Below, piece after piece: positions 14,401 through 29,400 of a stretch of DNA of 64,000 bases. Source of the stretch: Amphiscolops sp. MND2022 (Eukaryota); contig OZ076409.1 in NCBI GenBank assembly GCA_964187785.1, forward strand, positions 24,554,001 to 24,618,000, read 5' to 3'. The translations under genes and the position numbers were made by a program. The notes below the pieces were generated by a model. It saw nothing but the letters and a program-made list of their open reading frames with translations. It was not told where the DNA came from and searched no databases. Numbering within the stretch: position 1 is the stretch's first letter; the number at the start of each line of letters is the position of its first letter.

Positions 14401-17400
14401 ATTGTTTGTTTATAACCTGGGGTGTGGGATTTTCAGACCGTGGACCGAAACCCGTAGTGCCAAACCGTAACCCGTAAACCGTAGTTCTGAAAAAAGCGAA
14501 CCGTACACATTTCTGAGGAATAAGACCGAAATGTTGTATACATTTAACAGTAGTATTTCTGAGAAAACGACACGCGTACTAACTACAAAAAAGTACGTTT
14601 CTCAGAAATACTGGAACATTTCCTTTCAGATTTATTTTGTTCAACAATACTGATAGTGATATTGGTTATTAAACGCGAAAATATGGATATTACTGTAGAT
14701 TATTCGAGTATATATACACTTTCCACAATTGAAAATAAGGCAATCTGCAAGAAAGCATTATATGACAAAACATCCGGACATTTTCAAAATATTCGAGCGG
14801 AAACGCAAACCAGATGCCGCAAATTTAAATATTTCTGAAGCAAACGTGTTTTTTCAAACCGTACCTTGAAACCGTAAACCGTACACGCTAACCCGTAAAC
14901 CGTAATTTCAATTCAACCCGTACGGTTCCACACCCCAGTTTATAACATTATAAATTATTCATTTTTGCTTGAAATTATTGGTTTTAAAGTCAAAATTATT
15001 TTGTTTTATAAACTTTCAGTACTGTTACTAGCTGCAAAACTTTTGTAACCTGCAGCATCTACAAATTGAAAAACTTAGGTTTAATCCGCGTACATGCGAT
15101 TGATGTGTCACATATTTAACGTGTAGTTTTGCGTTTTCAGGAGTGTCTCGCGCATAGTATAGCTTTTTCAGTCAAATCGACATGGCTCCATTTACTCCAC
15201 AGCTATTTTCATCTCTTTTTCAGAGTTCCACGCTTTTTGATGTTTCTGACAATAATTGAATATTTAAGCAATAATTTATTGTTCTGAAACAATTCATTTT
15301 CGTTTGAATTCAATAAAAATATCAATTTTTAGGGAAATAATATTGCATTACAATATTTTACACCCCTGCACGCGGTGCGGAAAATCGTCCTTAAAATGCT
15401 GCAAAAGTAATTAACGTAATCCTCCGGATTTAAAGACAAACCGGGAACGGCATACCAAGTCGGCGCCATATCTGAGGCTCAAAAATAGCACAAGGACTTC
15501 AAAATGTCAAGGATTTTATTCAAATTTCTACCCAATGAACTTCTTAGACTTTTAGAAATGGTCAGTGAGAATAAACTTGTCTTATATCTTGTTTTATGCT
15601 TTCCGTGTATTTCAGCGGCTTTCCGCCCGTGAAATTGACGAAAATTTTCCGTGAATTTCTGTGTTAGAGTAATCTAACCTCTCGTTCTTTCTGTTTCAGA
15701 GGCACACTGTGCATCAACAGTGTTGTGGTTACTAGCAGAGAAGGATGTATCTTACTAACTATAGATCAAGAGTAAGTAATTCCATCACTTGTTTTTTGTG
15801 CTATCAATTTTATTCATACCCTTCAATTCGTGGGGTGGGTAAATGCCCAATTTTTCCGAGTCAACGTCTTCAGTGTCAAAACCTGATAAGTTTGCAGAAT
15901 TAAACTCTAAATGATATGGTTTCAAAGTAATCGTGCAATGTTTCAAAACACTCGTTTGACAGAAATAGATCACCAAGCTATGTGAACGTGTGGTTGATTG
16001 ATTACAGTATATACTTTAGAAATTCGGAATTTCTGACGTTGGAGAATCTGTCATGTTATTCGACACTAGAAGCCTCAATGCCTTGTATTTTGTAGAAAAT
16101 GTAGTCTAGTAATTTATGAGAAAGGCTTGTAACAAAATTGAAGATAAATTGAAGTTAATCCGAACGCTGATACCAGCCCCTCTAACTTCGATTTTTGTGG
16201 CAGTAAAGAATGGAAAAGATTTGATTATTGAAGGGAAACAACAATCAATGAAGGAGTTAATTGAGATTGGGTCCATAGTGTAGGCGGGGGTAACAGCGAG
16301 ATGTGCCTCAAAAGGCTGATTTGTCCAGAGTTCATTTCTCTGTTGTGTTCCACTCGGTTATTCCTTTGTTGAAATGGGAGTGCACAGTTTTTGACGCCTT
16401 CCTGTTGTATCCCGCTGGGATTTAATCTTCCACTGGTCTGTGAAATGTTCCACGGGGTAGCTCGCTCACTCAATTTACAACAAGGTTCATGCCGGTTGAC
16501 TCCACCCGTGAATAACAATCACAACTCAAGTCTTGTATTTAAAAAATACAAATAGTAAAAAAAATGATACTGTTGAAGTGGTTTAGCATATTAAAAGCAT
16601 TCTTCCGTTTGAGTAGCTTAGGATATTGAACTGGGTTTGCGTTTATTAAATGCGCATTGAAATTTCAGGTCTTACAAACAAGTTCTTGGAACGTCAGAAG
16701 CGAGCTCATCGCCTTTGTCTCTAGAGGACGCGCTGCAAAAACAAGTCAGGTACAGATTCATTTTACATGCATTTTGAGGCATAATCTGACAGTATCCACA
16801 TCACGTGCATCAGTTATTATTGTAATGTTACACCCAAAATGGAGTATGTCCAAGTTTATTGGCGTTTATTTGTTGTGAGAAGCAACACCTTTTTTTAACC
16901 ATCAAAGGGATACGTTGCAATCCAATTGCTTCATTCGAAATTTATAATTTTCAATTGCGGAAATTTTGCGCTTTTTGTTCATTCGCACGTTCAAATTGAG
17001 TTTTGCCAATTCGAGGTGCGCTAACCTTTAAAAGGTGACAGCTGAAATCTGTGGTGACCAATTAATTTTTTCAATAGAAAATTCAGCATTTGATGGATTT
17101 AATGGATCCATTAAATGGATTTTTAGCACTAATGGTTTCCAACAATCAAGGTATTCATTTTCAGAATCAATTCTAATTCATCTCGCAAATTTAGTAATTG
17201 ATTGGTCTTTCTGATCACATTTTAAGCACATTGTATACACACCAAAAGGTAAACAAAAGGGTTGCTATTCAGTGAATTCCTTGAATGAAACCTAATCAAT
17301 GGAAATTTTACAGATCCAGTAATTGGGTATTAAAAGGATTCATTATATAGGTCATCACTGGTTGAGATTCTGACATAATTAAAGGAAAACTTCATAGTTT

Positions 17401-20400
17401 GAATTTTTTCAATTTTTATTCATAGTTTAAAAAATTGGTGGGTTATCTAAATTATTTGTTGTCTTTGATTTCTTGTGAACTTTGTGTTGCGTTTAGTTGG
17501 AACAAGTTTCAACAATTTTTCAATGCAAATCGATAACGTTAGTTGATTCAACACATCGATCATCCGAATGAAATCCTTCGAAAGAGCATGAACAAAAACG
17601 GAATACCGTCTCAGGTACTTTTGAAGGCGGCGTTTCGAAAGCTTAATTTGTTAGCGGTTAATTCAAGTTGCGTATACGGTCCTTAAAAAGCTGACGGAAC
17701 AAGTGCCGTACCGCAGAATACCCATCCAGGGCCATGAAGAATCCACTAATAAATAATCTGTCCAGTAGCCTGCTCTCCCGTGTAGGTGTTTTGTTGTCAT
17801 TACCTGTGAATTACGTCTTACCAAAAAACCGCGCTTATCACGTTGCGCTCGTGACTGACCCTCTCTAAAGCTTAAGCAACGCTTTTTGTGAAACAAAGTT
17901 TGTCTCAGCAAATTTGAATTTTAAAACGGCAAATTCTGTAAACTTCAACTGGTGCCGGGTGAAATGCTCAGTACTTGACAACAGTTTTTGGAAAGCCAGC
18001 TTTAACTTCCAGAATTCTGGTATATTGCACAAATTTCAGTCGTCGCTTTTGTTATCGGCACTTATTCGGATATGTCGCTTTCGTTTTTGCGCTTTCACTT
18101 ACAAGCGACCTAATTCACTGGTAATTACCGTGAACTCATGATGCAAAAGTGGAAATTTTACTCCGGGCTGTTTTGTATGTTTTCTTTTTGAAACAAGTTT
18201 TGAGATTTTTATATATGACCAACTGTAAAACTAGTATTTGTGCAGTTCTCCTGTAACTGACACCTCTCTTACTTTGATGAAAACATTGGAATGGAAGCAT
18301 CAGTTTACTTTAAGTGCTTGTTGTTCAGGGACAGTGTGTTCAATCGGACATTGAAGATATCAGACTTCAAAGTGGTCGCAATTCTCGGTGTTGGTGGATT
18401 TGGACGAGTGCAATTGGTGCGTCATCTAGAATTAGATTGTAGATGCAAAAATAATGGCACTTATTTGAATATAAGCTGTATAAGAACCGCTCTATGAAAA
18501 GGAACATGAATATTATAGTGGTTTTTTGTCGGCCAAAAGGTTTCAAATAGTCTCCTCTTCCATTTTTGACATTTTAATTGAAATTACCAACCTGTGCGAC
18601 TTTTTTCATTTCACAAAAGGTCTGCTTTTTTGATATTTTCAGTTAGAAAATTGTACTTTTTATGTTCGAATGTTCCCATTTGGGTTATTTTAGTTACTGC
18701 ATTTTGTGAAATTTTCGAAATTCACCATTTAGATTTTGATTTTTTTTCGGCTAGGGAAAACCCTTAAGCTTGAAAAGTCCTCCCTTCGGATATTTTTCGG
18801 TACTCTGAGATACTTTTTAAGTAACAGTTCCTTAACGATTTGAAATACTCCTATTTTTCACCATGCAATGCTACTAAGAGTGGCGTGAGTGAATCCTTCG
18901 TTCAGTACATATCTCATTTGACGTATAGTCTTAAGATTCCCTTTTTTGGCTATTTTGGAAGAAAAGCTCCGGAAATGTGCATTCGACATCTTCATGAAAG
19001 GATCTTTTGAAAGATATCAACCTGTAAGAGTGATCCTGAACTAGCAATAAGCTAGTAACACTTGTTTGACATCCTTCAAATTTAAATGTTTCTGACAGGT
19101 GCAATTCAAAGACATCGTGGCAAATGGGGATCACAGATCTTTCGCTTTAAAAACACTGAAAAAGAAACACATCGTTGACACAAGACAGCAAGAGCATGTG
19201 ATGAACGAGAAAAACATCCTCCTTTCATGTAACTCAGATTTCATTGTGCGGTTAGTTATCTAAGTGTCTTGATGTATTCAACCGGGCCAGAATTGATTTT
19301 GCCCCGAGGACTTGAGATTATTCGGCTTTCATATTTTTATGGGTTCAATTTTCAGTCTTTATATTGTTCTTAGTATCTGCAACTATAGATGTCTATGAGG
19401 CTTTTCTCCTTTGAAGTGGGTTAGAGATTTGGGGGATAGTGAGTAAAACCATTAAATTGGAGTAATCTGCATTTTCCAGCCATTATGAAATAGCATTTCT
19501 GAATGAACAGAAAGAAAGTCGCCTTTTTTCTGGTTGTAATATTCAGGGTCATTGCACATGCCTCAGGTGTTTAATCTACATTTACGTCTAACTCTGTGAA
19601 ACATCTAATTTAAAATGGTCTCCGATGTTGATTGAATGTCCGTTAGAATTTGACACTCCTTATTCTTTCAGCTTGTACGCCACCTTCAAAGACGCCAAAT
19701 ATCTCTACATGGTTTTTGAGGCATGTCTGGGAGGCGAAGCTTGGACAATTCTCAGAGACAGGTTAGACATTGGGCATCATACCTTGCGGCTGTATTCTAA
19801 TTTAGATTGAAGAAAGAGAGAGAGAGAGGTGAAATGAGGGACAGGAAATACTGCCGCCGCCTCTGAGATGATTACCGAAGACAGATATGCACAACAATCA
19901 GGGAGCAGGGCCGTCATTTTTGACACAGTGTTTTGATTGATCGATTCAGTCTTGCCTTGTGTTGCTCTCAGTCTGTTCCATTCCCACGTCTTATCACTGT
20001 ATATTAAGCAAGCAACCCGATAATGCAGTTGCCCTAATTCCTCTTTATTCACATTATAGTAAAGCGCTTGAATTTTCAAGGTTGCTTTCATCTACGCGTC
20101 TATTCAAGGAAAAAGTGCTTTTTACGTCCAATTGTGCCTGCTCTTGTACAAAAAGAACGAATTTCACACTGAAAGTGATTTTTTTGATCCAAAAGTAGAT
20201 TCATTTCAGTGAAAGATTTCATTATGATGTGAGCCTATTTTGGGTTCTTGCTCTCAGTGAAATCAATAGACTATTTAAAAAGTTTTGATTGTTCTGAAGA
20301 ATACTTCTTATATGGTTTATTTAACTCTAATCTGATTTAATTTGATTAAACATTTTAAATCATTAATGTCTCCCAAACTACGCATACGCGTTCGTTTGAA

Positions 20401-23400
20401 AGGTCTCGTCGTGGGCTTGTAGTAACAACAGCATATTATTGGGTTTTGTTGCAGAAGATCTTGTTGTGGAAGGATATGGGGTTGCTTTTCTTTATGGGTC
20501 AAGGACTTTTAAGAAAACTGGATTTCGCCAAAAACGAAATTTTGGAAAAGAATAACCATTTTTTGCAAGAATAGTCCACTAAGTTTTGGAGACATTCACT
20601 TTTTAATGCTTGTAGCATTCTAATCAAACTCGGTACCGATGAATTGAAAAAAAACCTGCTAGAGAATATGGGCTACTGGCAAAACGAATCAGAAGTTGAA
20701 AGTAAGGTAGGCTGTTTTAGGTCTTGTTTCGATGATGGGACCACCAGATTCTACACAGCTTGTGCTTTGGAAGCTTTGCAGTATCTGCACAATAACGGCA
20801 TCGTGTACAGAGACCTCAAACCAGAAAACATGCTACTCGATGTGAAAGGTTTCGTCAAAATGGTGAGTTGAATTCAACTTTTGTCACTTTGGAAGATTGA
20901 AACTTGATTGTTAATGCAATGCACTTATCATTTTCTTCACTGTTCAGTGCGACTTTGGTTTTGCAAAGAAAATTGGGAACAAGAAAACGTGGACATTTTG
21001 TGGAACGCCAGAGTATGTTCCTCCTGAAATCATTCTGAACAGAGGCCATGACCTAACAGCAGACTATTGGTCTTTGGGAGTTCTCATTTTCGAGTTATTA
21101 ACTGGAAAGTTAGTTTTTTCTATAACCTTAGTAACTTGTCATGATTCCATGTTATAATCGACGGAGAGACTGAAACTGGAAACTTAGATGAAGTATTCCT
21201 TCGATAAAAACTGGCATTTTTAAACAAGAATGGTTAAGCCTGATATGACTAGATTGAACGTTGAACTTCAAACACTTCAGTAAATAACGAGATATAAATA
21301 AGTAAATTAGTCAGACATTCAACAAGAATTTTCTGTACTCAAAGATCAGTTGACTTTTTGCTAGCCTCTTGTTATTTTCTGCCCATATTTTCATGTGGGA
21401 AAAGAAAGATACTAACAGCCGCGTTTTCCCACACAACTTGCCATCTTCCCAACGCTATACCCAGATTAAGGAGGTTCTCTCATAGATTCAACTGACATAA
21501 AATTAGTTTCGTGCAATAGGTATTTTTGAAGAACTCTGCTGAAACAAAGAGCAATTTTAGAAGTCGGCTTCGAAAGAACCACATCCATCAAACATCCGAA
21601 ATTGAAAAAGTGGAAGACCCACTCTGACTCAGTAGAAAAACATTCAGAAGATATAATCACTAATATGAGATTGTGAAAGTAGTGAGATGGGTCGTTGATA
21701 TTAATTCCAACTCTGCGTTTGAAAAAAAACCATTACATGAGTCGCCTCCCCCTTTAACCCCCCGGGGAAGGATAGTTTTTTAGATTCTTGACAGCTATAC
21801 AACTGCAGCGTAATCTTTTTTTACCGCCACTCCCTGTTCTACCTGGGGTTTTGACTGTAGCTAAGTTCGGCGTTATAGCCAATTTTCAAGCAAAACGGAT
21901 CATTCAATCGAAGAATGAATTAATTTGATACTGAACTGAAAAAATCAACAACTGAAGATCTACTGCGAGACATTTGTCACTGCTAGCCAATTAGTCTCCT
22001 GGTTGTATTGATTTGCCATTTCGATGCAAAGTGATCAGCAATTAATTGCTGTGTCCACGCTTTCTGACTTTGTATATACAAGCAAATATCTTAGTGGCAA
22101 GTTTTTTCTTCAGTCATTCTGAAGTGTTCACTTTCATAAATTTCAAATAAAATTTTACCAAGACGCCCACTGAGCAGCGAGATATTTTCAGCCCCAAACT
22201 GTTCTACAACGACATAAATTTGAGGCTCAAGAATAGCCAATGCACTATGAAAATGCAAAGAAGTTCGAAGAAAGAAAGTTTTGATCCATCTTGGCCCATT
22301 TTTGAACCTAATTTATAAACACGCTAAGTACCTAATTGTTTTTTTTGTTGATTTATGTGGGTACCAGAACCCAACACCAAATTATCAGTCAGCGCTTTTC
22401 GCCAGGAAAGACCGACTATAGTCATGGTTTTTCGTCATATTTTTTAATCGGCGCTTTTCCTGAAAAGAGCCGACTATAGTCATGGCTTTTCGTCAGTGCT
22501 TTTTTAAGACCACCTGAAGTGACCAAAATAGGTCTACCAAAAGTTCTACAAAATTTTGAGAAGACGCCAAATTGTACCTGTTGGCTCAAGGAACTGAACC
22601 AAAAAGGTTTCCCGCGTAACATACAATACCTGACGAAATCAAAGGGTCCCCCCTTTAGATTGTTTCGGCACTGTGCTACTTTTTTTCAAATTTTTTTTTC
22701 ATAAAAGGTTTCAAATTCACCAATACTTTGACATTTTGAAGTCCTCTTGCTATTTTTGAGCCCAAGATATGGCGACGACTTGAGCCGGTCCCGGCTTGTT
22801 TCGATAACACCTGGTCTACCAAAAGTTCAACTTTTCAAGTAACTTCTCACTGCCACTTGACCTAGTAGTTGACGCGGATTTCCTGCAAGCAACTGTACGT
22901 GGGTTCGAGTCTCGCACTTAACCAAAAAAGTTTTCATGTTGGAAAAGTAGGGGAAGACCAAAGTGTCCCCTTTTAGAACTTTTTCGGGACCATGCGACTT
23001 TCACCGTTTTTTGCAAATGTAAACTCCCTCCCTCGTTTTCAGCAGAAACCATAGCGGTTTGCAAGCATTGCTGGCCTCTTCGTTTTTCGGCACTGTGCAA
23101 CTTACCGAGTCAGGAGAAATTTCGGGAAAATTTTCCGAAAAAGGTTTTTGCAATATTTAGGTTTTTGAGGTTTCCTGTAACAGAAATATGTTAACCAAGC
23201 TTGAGGGTCTTTTTTAATCTTGTGGACCTCTTTGTTGTTCTTTGATCCTGTGGAACTGTTGTTGTCTGAATAATTGTTGAAAATGCCTGTTTTCAGCATT
23301 TTTCGGCTCTGTGCGTCTTTCCGAAACATTCATCTGGTCGAAGGGTATCGACTTTCATAGGTGATTTCGGCTTGATCAAAAGTAGTTTTGCGAGCTGAAA

Positions 23401-26400
23401 CTTTTTTGGCACTAGGGGACTTTTCCAAAAATAATTTGAAAAAATTGATTTTTTTGTTTTTCCTGTTGGTTTCCGAGTTTCAAGCGTGTCTTCAGTCGGC
23501 GCTTCATGAATGAAACGCGACTATTATAGTGACTTTTTCAATCCACACGAACTGACCAAAATAGTTCTTAGATGTTCTACGAAATTTTATAATCCCATAT
23601 TGAATCATTTGACCTAGCGAACTGAACCAAAATGGGTTTTCCTCTTTTTCCGCGTAACATACAATACCGGGAGAGACTAAAGGGCTCCCTTTTAGTTTTT
23701 CTCGACATTGTGAGACTTTTTTCGCAAAATATCTCCAAAGGGTCCCTCCTTCATTTTTTGATGTTTTGCAACAGAATGGATGTTGAAAAATCCCAAAGGG
23801 GCCCCTTTTTTCGGCATTGTCAGATTTTTCGGAAAAAAATTACTAGATGGTCCCCCTTCAATTTTTCGATGTTTTGCGACAGAATGGATGTTGAAAAATC
23901 CGAAAGGGTCCCCCTTCAGTTTTTTTTCGGCATTAAGACTTTCAAAAGATTTTTCGGGTGCTGTAGAAGAGAATACTTTGACACTTTGAAGTCTTTTTGC
24001 TTTTTTTGAGCCTTAGATATGGCGCCAACTTAGGCCGGTCCCGGCTTGTTTTCTGAAGTATCAACATTAGGCATAGAAGTACTCCTCCCCGAAAACTAGT
24101 ATCTTTTGCAAGTTTAAGAGGCTTGAGCGGGGTGCCAACTTGGACCGGTCCCGGTTTGTTATATTATTGCACATAACGTCACTAGAAGTGCCAAAAATTA
24201 GAAAAACTTAAATTTTTGACAACTTTGTGGTCAACTTCACTAACTTCTTACATGAAAATACGTATGTCCTGAATGCCCAATGGAAACCGAGGGTCATTCT
24301 CAGGTTTTTTTCCTACGTGAGGGAACTTTCGAGGAATTTTCTCCCACTTTCTTTCACAAATTGCCTTTTGAATTCCCTGTTTTAAAGTTCAGGTCATAGG
24401 ATGTTCTATTGTGCAAAACCGTTCGTGGTTATAACAAAAGTGGGGTTAATGTGTCCAAAAACGTGCTTTTTGTTGGGTTTTTGATTTTGGGGTGTTTCTG
24501 AGGCCATAATTCCAACAAAAAATTGCAATTGTATCTTTAAAAATTTTTACTATATACCAGATTAGTCTTTGTTGGAGTTTTTAAACCATTTTTTGCAAGG
24601 AAGTTACTCAAAAAGTCTACAAAAGCTGCACAAAAAAGTAAAAACTTGAAAATCAGTATATTTTGCATGTATCGCGTCATTCTCAAAACTTTCCGCCATA
24701 ACAAATGCAAATTTTCGACATTTTGCAGTCATTTTTGGGACATTTCCCAACTGAACTCTGCAAATATGTCCTCAAAAAGCTTTCTAAATTTTGAGGTCAC
24801 TCGTTGTTGAATGTTTTCCAACATTGTGACTACAAAACAAAAAACTACCGAAGTTTTTCGACTAATTTGGAGTAATTCTGAAGTGTTTTTGAAAAAGGTT
24901 GCTGCACAGCTTGTTCTTTCGTTTTTGAACGTTTGAAAATTTCTAGCCCTTGAAATTTCGCTGAAACTATACACAAATGCATTAAAAACGACAAAATTGA
25001 GTTTTAGGTTTTTGACGTTTTCTGGGCCAATTTGATGTATTTTCCTATTACAAAATGTTTTTATCTTCTGAGAAAAGCCTTCTAAAACTACGAATTTTTC
25101 ATATGATTAACAATTTTAACATTCTAATGTACGAGGTCTATCGAAAGTTTGACAAAAAATGAATACAAATTGTGAAAATCGGAAAATTTGGAAACTTTGT
25201 CTTTTTCAGTGTCAATTCGAGAGATTATTCATTTGAAAAAACAGCATATCTCTCTCCACTAGGCCTGCTGGACATCAAAGTCATTCCTTGTCGACTCTTT
25301 TCAACATTCCAATCCACAAAGTCTGTCAAAAATTCGACGAAAATTGCTTAAAAACTTTGAAAACAGTAAAATTTTGGAATTTCGTCATTTCCGGTGTAAA
25401 TTTGAGAATTTTCACTCAGAAAACGACTCATCTCCTCGAAAAAGACTACTGGACAACAAATTTTTGCCTTGTACGTTTTCAGCATTCTAGTCCACGAAGA
25501 TTTCAAAAATTTGACGCAAATTGTAAAAATTTGACGCAGATTTTTTGTCTGTTACTGGGTCATTTTTCTTTCGAAAAACCAAATGTGGCAGAAAAACAGT
25601 AAAAATCGGGAAATTTTGGAATTTTTGGTGCTTTCGGGGTTATTATGTGGTCATTTTCGTCATTCCCAAAAAGTGGAAAAATCTCTACAAATACATATCG
25701 CACGAAGCTAATATTATGTGAGGTGGGTGACACCCTTCAATTTAAATATAAAATTGGTGCTTGGCAAATTTTAAAAAAAAACGTTTGATTTAAATATTTT
25801 CCTCTTCCAAATGGAATATTGGCGGAAAATAAAAATTTTACATGGAAATAATAACGGGAAAGAAAGGCCTCTTGGCCCAGTGGTTAACACCCAGGCCTGG
25901 TGAAGGGGCCTTAGAAACAGGAGTATGTGTGTTCGGGCTCATGCAAAACCAAATGTTTCATTCATTTGTGTTTCTTCCACAAGGTCCAACGACGAAGAAA
26001 TTAAGTTCGTTGCATATTTGGTAGGTACCAAAAGTTTACGCATACCTAGTTTTTAAGATTTCTCGCTTTTTAGCTGGGACAGTTTTCTGTAGAAATCCAT
26101 GGTTCGGCGTTTGATTCTCAAGCGTTTCTCGAGATCCAGGAGCGAACCAACTTTACCTTTTTTTGTGTAAAATTTAGTTCAATTCGCTGTTAAAACAATC
26201 CCTATTTTGAAAATTAGCTATAGATTTTCCACCACTTTTTGTTAAAATGGTCCCAGTGCAGATACCCAGCGTCCTGTTTTACTAATTCCAAAACCGCGCG
26301 GAAACGTTTTTTTTTTTCAAAAATAACATCCCAATTCGCGAGATCTGAGCCTTGCACTTCTGAACTTTGTTCAACAATCGCCCTGGGCGAGTTCGAGATA

Positions 26401-29400
26401 TATCGGTTTTGGAAACAGCTCGAAACGAACAAAACAACATTAGACATAAAATTTTTGATTTTTTTTCAAAAGAAAATTGTATATTGATGTTTAGGAATAC
26501 GCTCCCGGGGTTGTTACAATTTAATCATATGAATGTTGTTCATACGCTCACGGAGTCGTTTTAAAATTGTTTAAAGAACGAAGTGAAGAACCAAATTAAA
26601 AGTTTATATGTAAAACGAACAAAACAATTATGGATATCTCATTTTTGAAACTAAAGAGCGAAAATTAGATTTGGACTAAACAACAGAATTATCATGAAAT
26701 CAGAAAGTGTGTATCAGTGTGTCGATTCTTCTTCGATTTAATTAATTTAGGAAAGCGTTTAAAAAATTGAGAAAAGTGTTCGAAGAATCCAGAAAGGTGT
26801 TCAAGAATTCACAAAAGTGTTCAAGAATTTACAAAAGTGATCAAGAAATGACCGATAAAATGCGAAGAATTTCACGCCAATGCTGTTACATTTGCAGCAT
26901 AGATTATCTTTAATATGAAGAATCCTCAAAGCATCTTTCTCATTTCTTGAAAAATTCCTTTTTCCAATGCTAATATTGGTGTGTGGATTTTTCAATCATT
27001 TGGCAGCACGCTCAATTTCTTTGAAGTGCACAACTTTTGTGAATTTCTGAAAACACATTTTGGTAGGTGCGAAAACCAACTTTTGTGAATTCTAAGAAAA
27101 AAATCAAAATTTCCCCGATTGACGTCGTAATGATCGGAACACCCAAAACCATGATAGTGTCTTTTGACAATTTAGAGCGTCAAATGACTTGTAGTTGTGA
27201 ATCATCTTCATGAAATTGCGTTTGTTATTTCTTTCAGCAACTGATGTCACAAAACGAGGTGTCTAAGTTGGTTTGGTTCTGATTGGGTTGGCTGATCAAA
27301 TTTAGAAAACTCTCAATACTCACTTGTTAGGAAAAATTTTGCTAAGACCAAAAAATACACGCGTATTTGGATCAGTGATGTCCCTTTTTAATTTTTTAAA
27401 GGATTTTTTATATTAAAGGATCGGCCTTAAAATTTAAAGGATCCTTTAAAGGATTAGAAAAAACATATTTCAACAAATACTTTAAGGGGAACGTCATACA
27501 GGCATAATGTATTACACGTCTAATTCTTCAAACAGCTGAATATTTATGTTGTAATCTGACTGGCTGAAATTTGGAATCGAATTGAATTCACTAAGCTGAA
27601 AACGCGTGTGTTTTTGTCGGAATTATTAGGAGTCGGAAAAAATTTTCGACACTGTGCAATCGTGTCGTTTTTTTCTCCTGACCTTTCAATGAAAATTTCA
27701 AATTTCTCAAAAACGTCCATACGAGTTTCATAAAATTTTGAACAGTCATTCTACACCATGCGTGCGCAATGGCATCAAAATCGATTTTCTTAAAAACTCT
27801 CCATACGATTCGAACGAAATTTTCTACAGTCATTCTACACCATATTGGAGATATCTTGCTTGGATTAATACGTGTCGCACCAAAAAAAAACATCAAAAAA
27901 CCAAATCGATTGGTTCGACCCATTATGGCAAGCAGTCGCACCGAAAAATCCAGAATTGATTCATAGAATAATTTTCTCACCGCGCTATTCGTATTTATAG
28001 TTGGTGTCAGATTTCCTTTTCATTTTTTTAAAGGAAAAAGGATCCTTTAAAAGAAAATCCTTTCAAAGGATCGATGTTTAAAGCAAGGATTTTTTAAAGG
28101 ATCCTTTAAAGGAAAATAAAAAGGGACATCACTGATTTGGATGCTATTTTAACAACGGAATGTTTTTGGTTTTCCATTGAGTTCTAGAGGGCTTCACGAA
28201 GAGCATCTCCAAGGGTGAAAATTTTATTTAAAATTCACCGAAGATTGGTTCTTTCAGTCCGACTGATCTGTTTAATGTTTTGTCATAATCATCCCTAAAG
28301 ATGCCGTCCCGCGTTTATTACCTCTTTGATCGAAAAAACATGCTTAAAATTTGGTAGCCTGTTGTTAGCGTGAAATAAATGCTTAAAAATGAAAAATGTT
28401 AATTTTCTGCAGATTTTGAGCTTGTGTACGTTTTTCGAACGGTAAATTTGCTGTAGGTTTTTCAGTTGCCGGAAATTGACTTCACATGCAAATTAATTGG
28501 CAATAACACTGAAATTACGCATTACAATAAATGATGAACATGAATGGGCATATTACGGCCGTTTTTAGTCGACACATTTTGAAATTGATTCTCCCAATCA
28601 AAAGTATCAATGAACTCAAAAGCATTTTGTGCTCCAATTATGGTAATTCGAGAAGTTATAAAATAAATTATTTGGAACTTATTTCGTATGAAGAGTTAGA
28701 TATCCAATGCTCTTTAATTTAAAGTTGGCACTCATTCTTGATTGAGTTAATTTTCGTCGACAAACGTTCTGTCCACTGCTTCTTGTTTGACAGAATTTAC
28801 TTGTCAAGATCCCAAGTTAGGTGGGGTGATTTGGACGATTAGACATATTGCGTGAATACTCAAGTTTTTACAACGATAGAAATGTTTCGACGTTCTTAAC
28901 ATTTTCGAATCTTGAATGAACCGATTTAGAGCTGACTTTGAAGAGTAAGTTTTTAACGAACTTGTTTTTGTATTGAGCTTATGTAGAGTTCGATGGTTTC
29001 AAATACAAAATCTAGCAGAGGAACCTTCAGTTTTTTTAAAACTTGAAAGGCCGGTGAAATGAGATGAAGTTCAGCTAGCTATGACTCCTTAGTGGCTCCT
29101 TGATATCTTGAGGCTCGTTTTCTGTCAACTCAACATCTGATTGGCGTCGCTTTGAAACCTCCGAACAATTTAAACATCTTCACGTGTCAGACAAATTGGC
29201 AGGTACTTTTTGAAAAGAATTGATTGGCATTTCCAGTGACAATGAAAATGCAGCAATGACCCAAGTTGACGCCGTGCTTTGAAACGCTTGAAAATGTGGA
29301 GGTGTTATGTGATGATCCGGAAGACGAAGACGTAATGCATTAAGTTATGTTTTTACTGAATGTTTTTTTGCTGAAACCTTGGTTGATGGATGCTCTCCTT

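Noticed and set aside
22852..22920. Functional tRNA gene
   Set aside because: A/B-box-like motifs are present but I see no acceptor stem or clear anticodon arm, and it lies within a repeat.
24170..27350. Probable further repeat-derived intron sequence
   Set aside because: No termini, TSD or second copy identifiable within the window.
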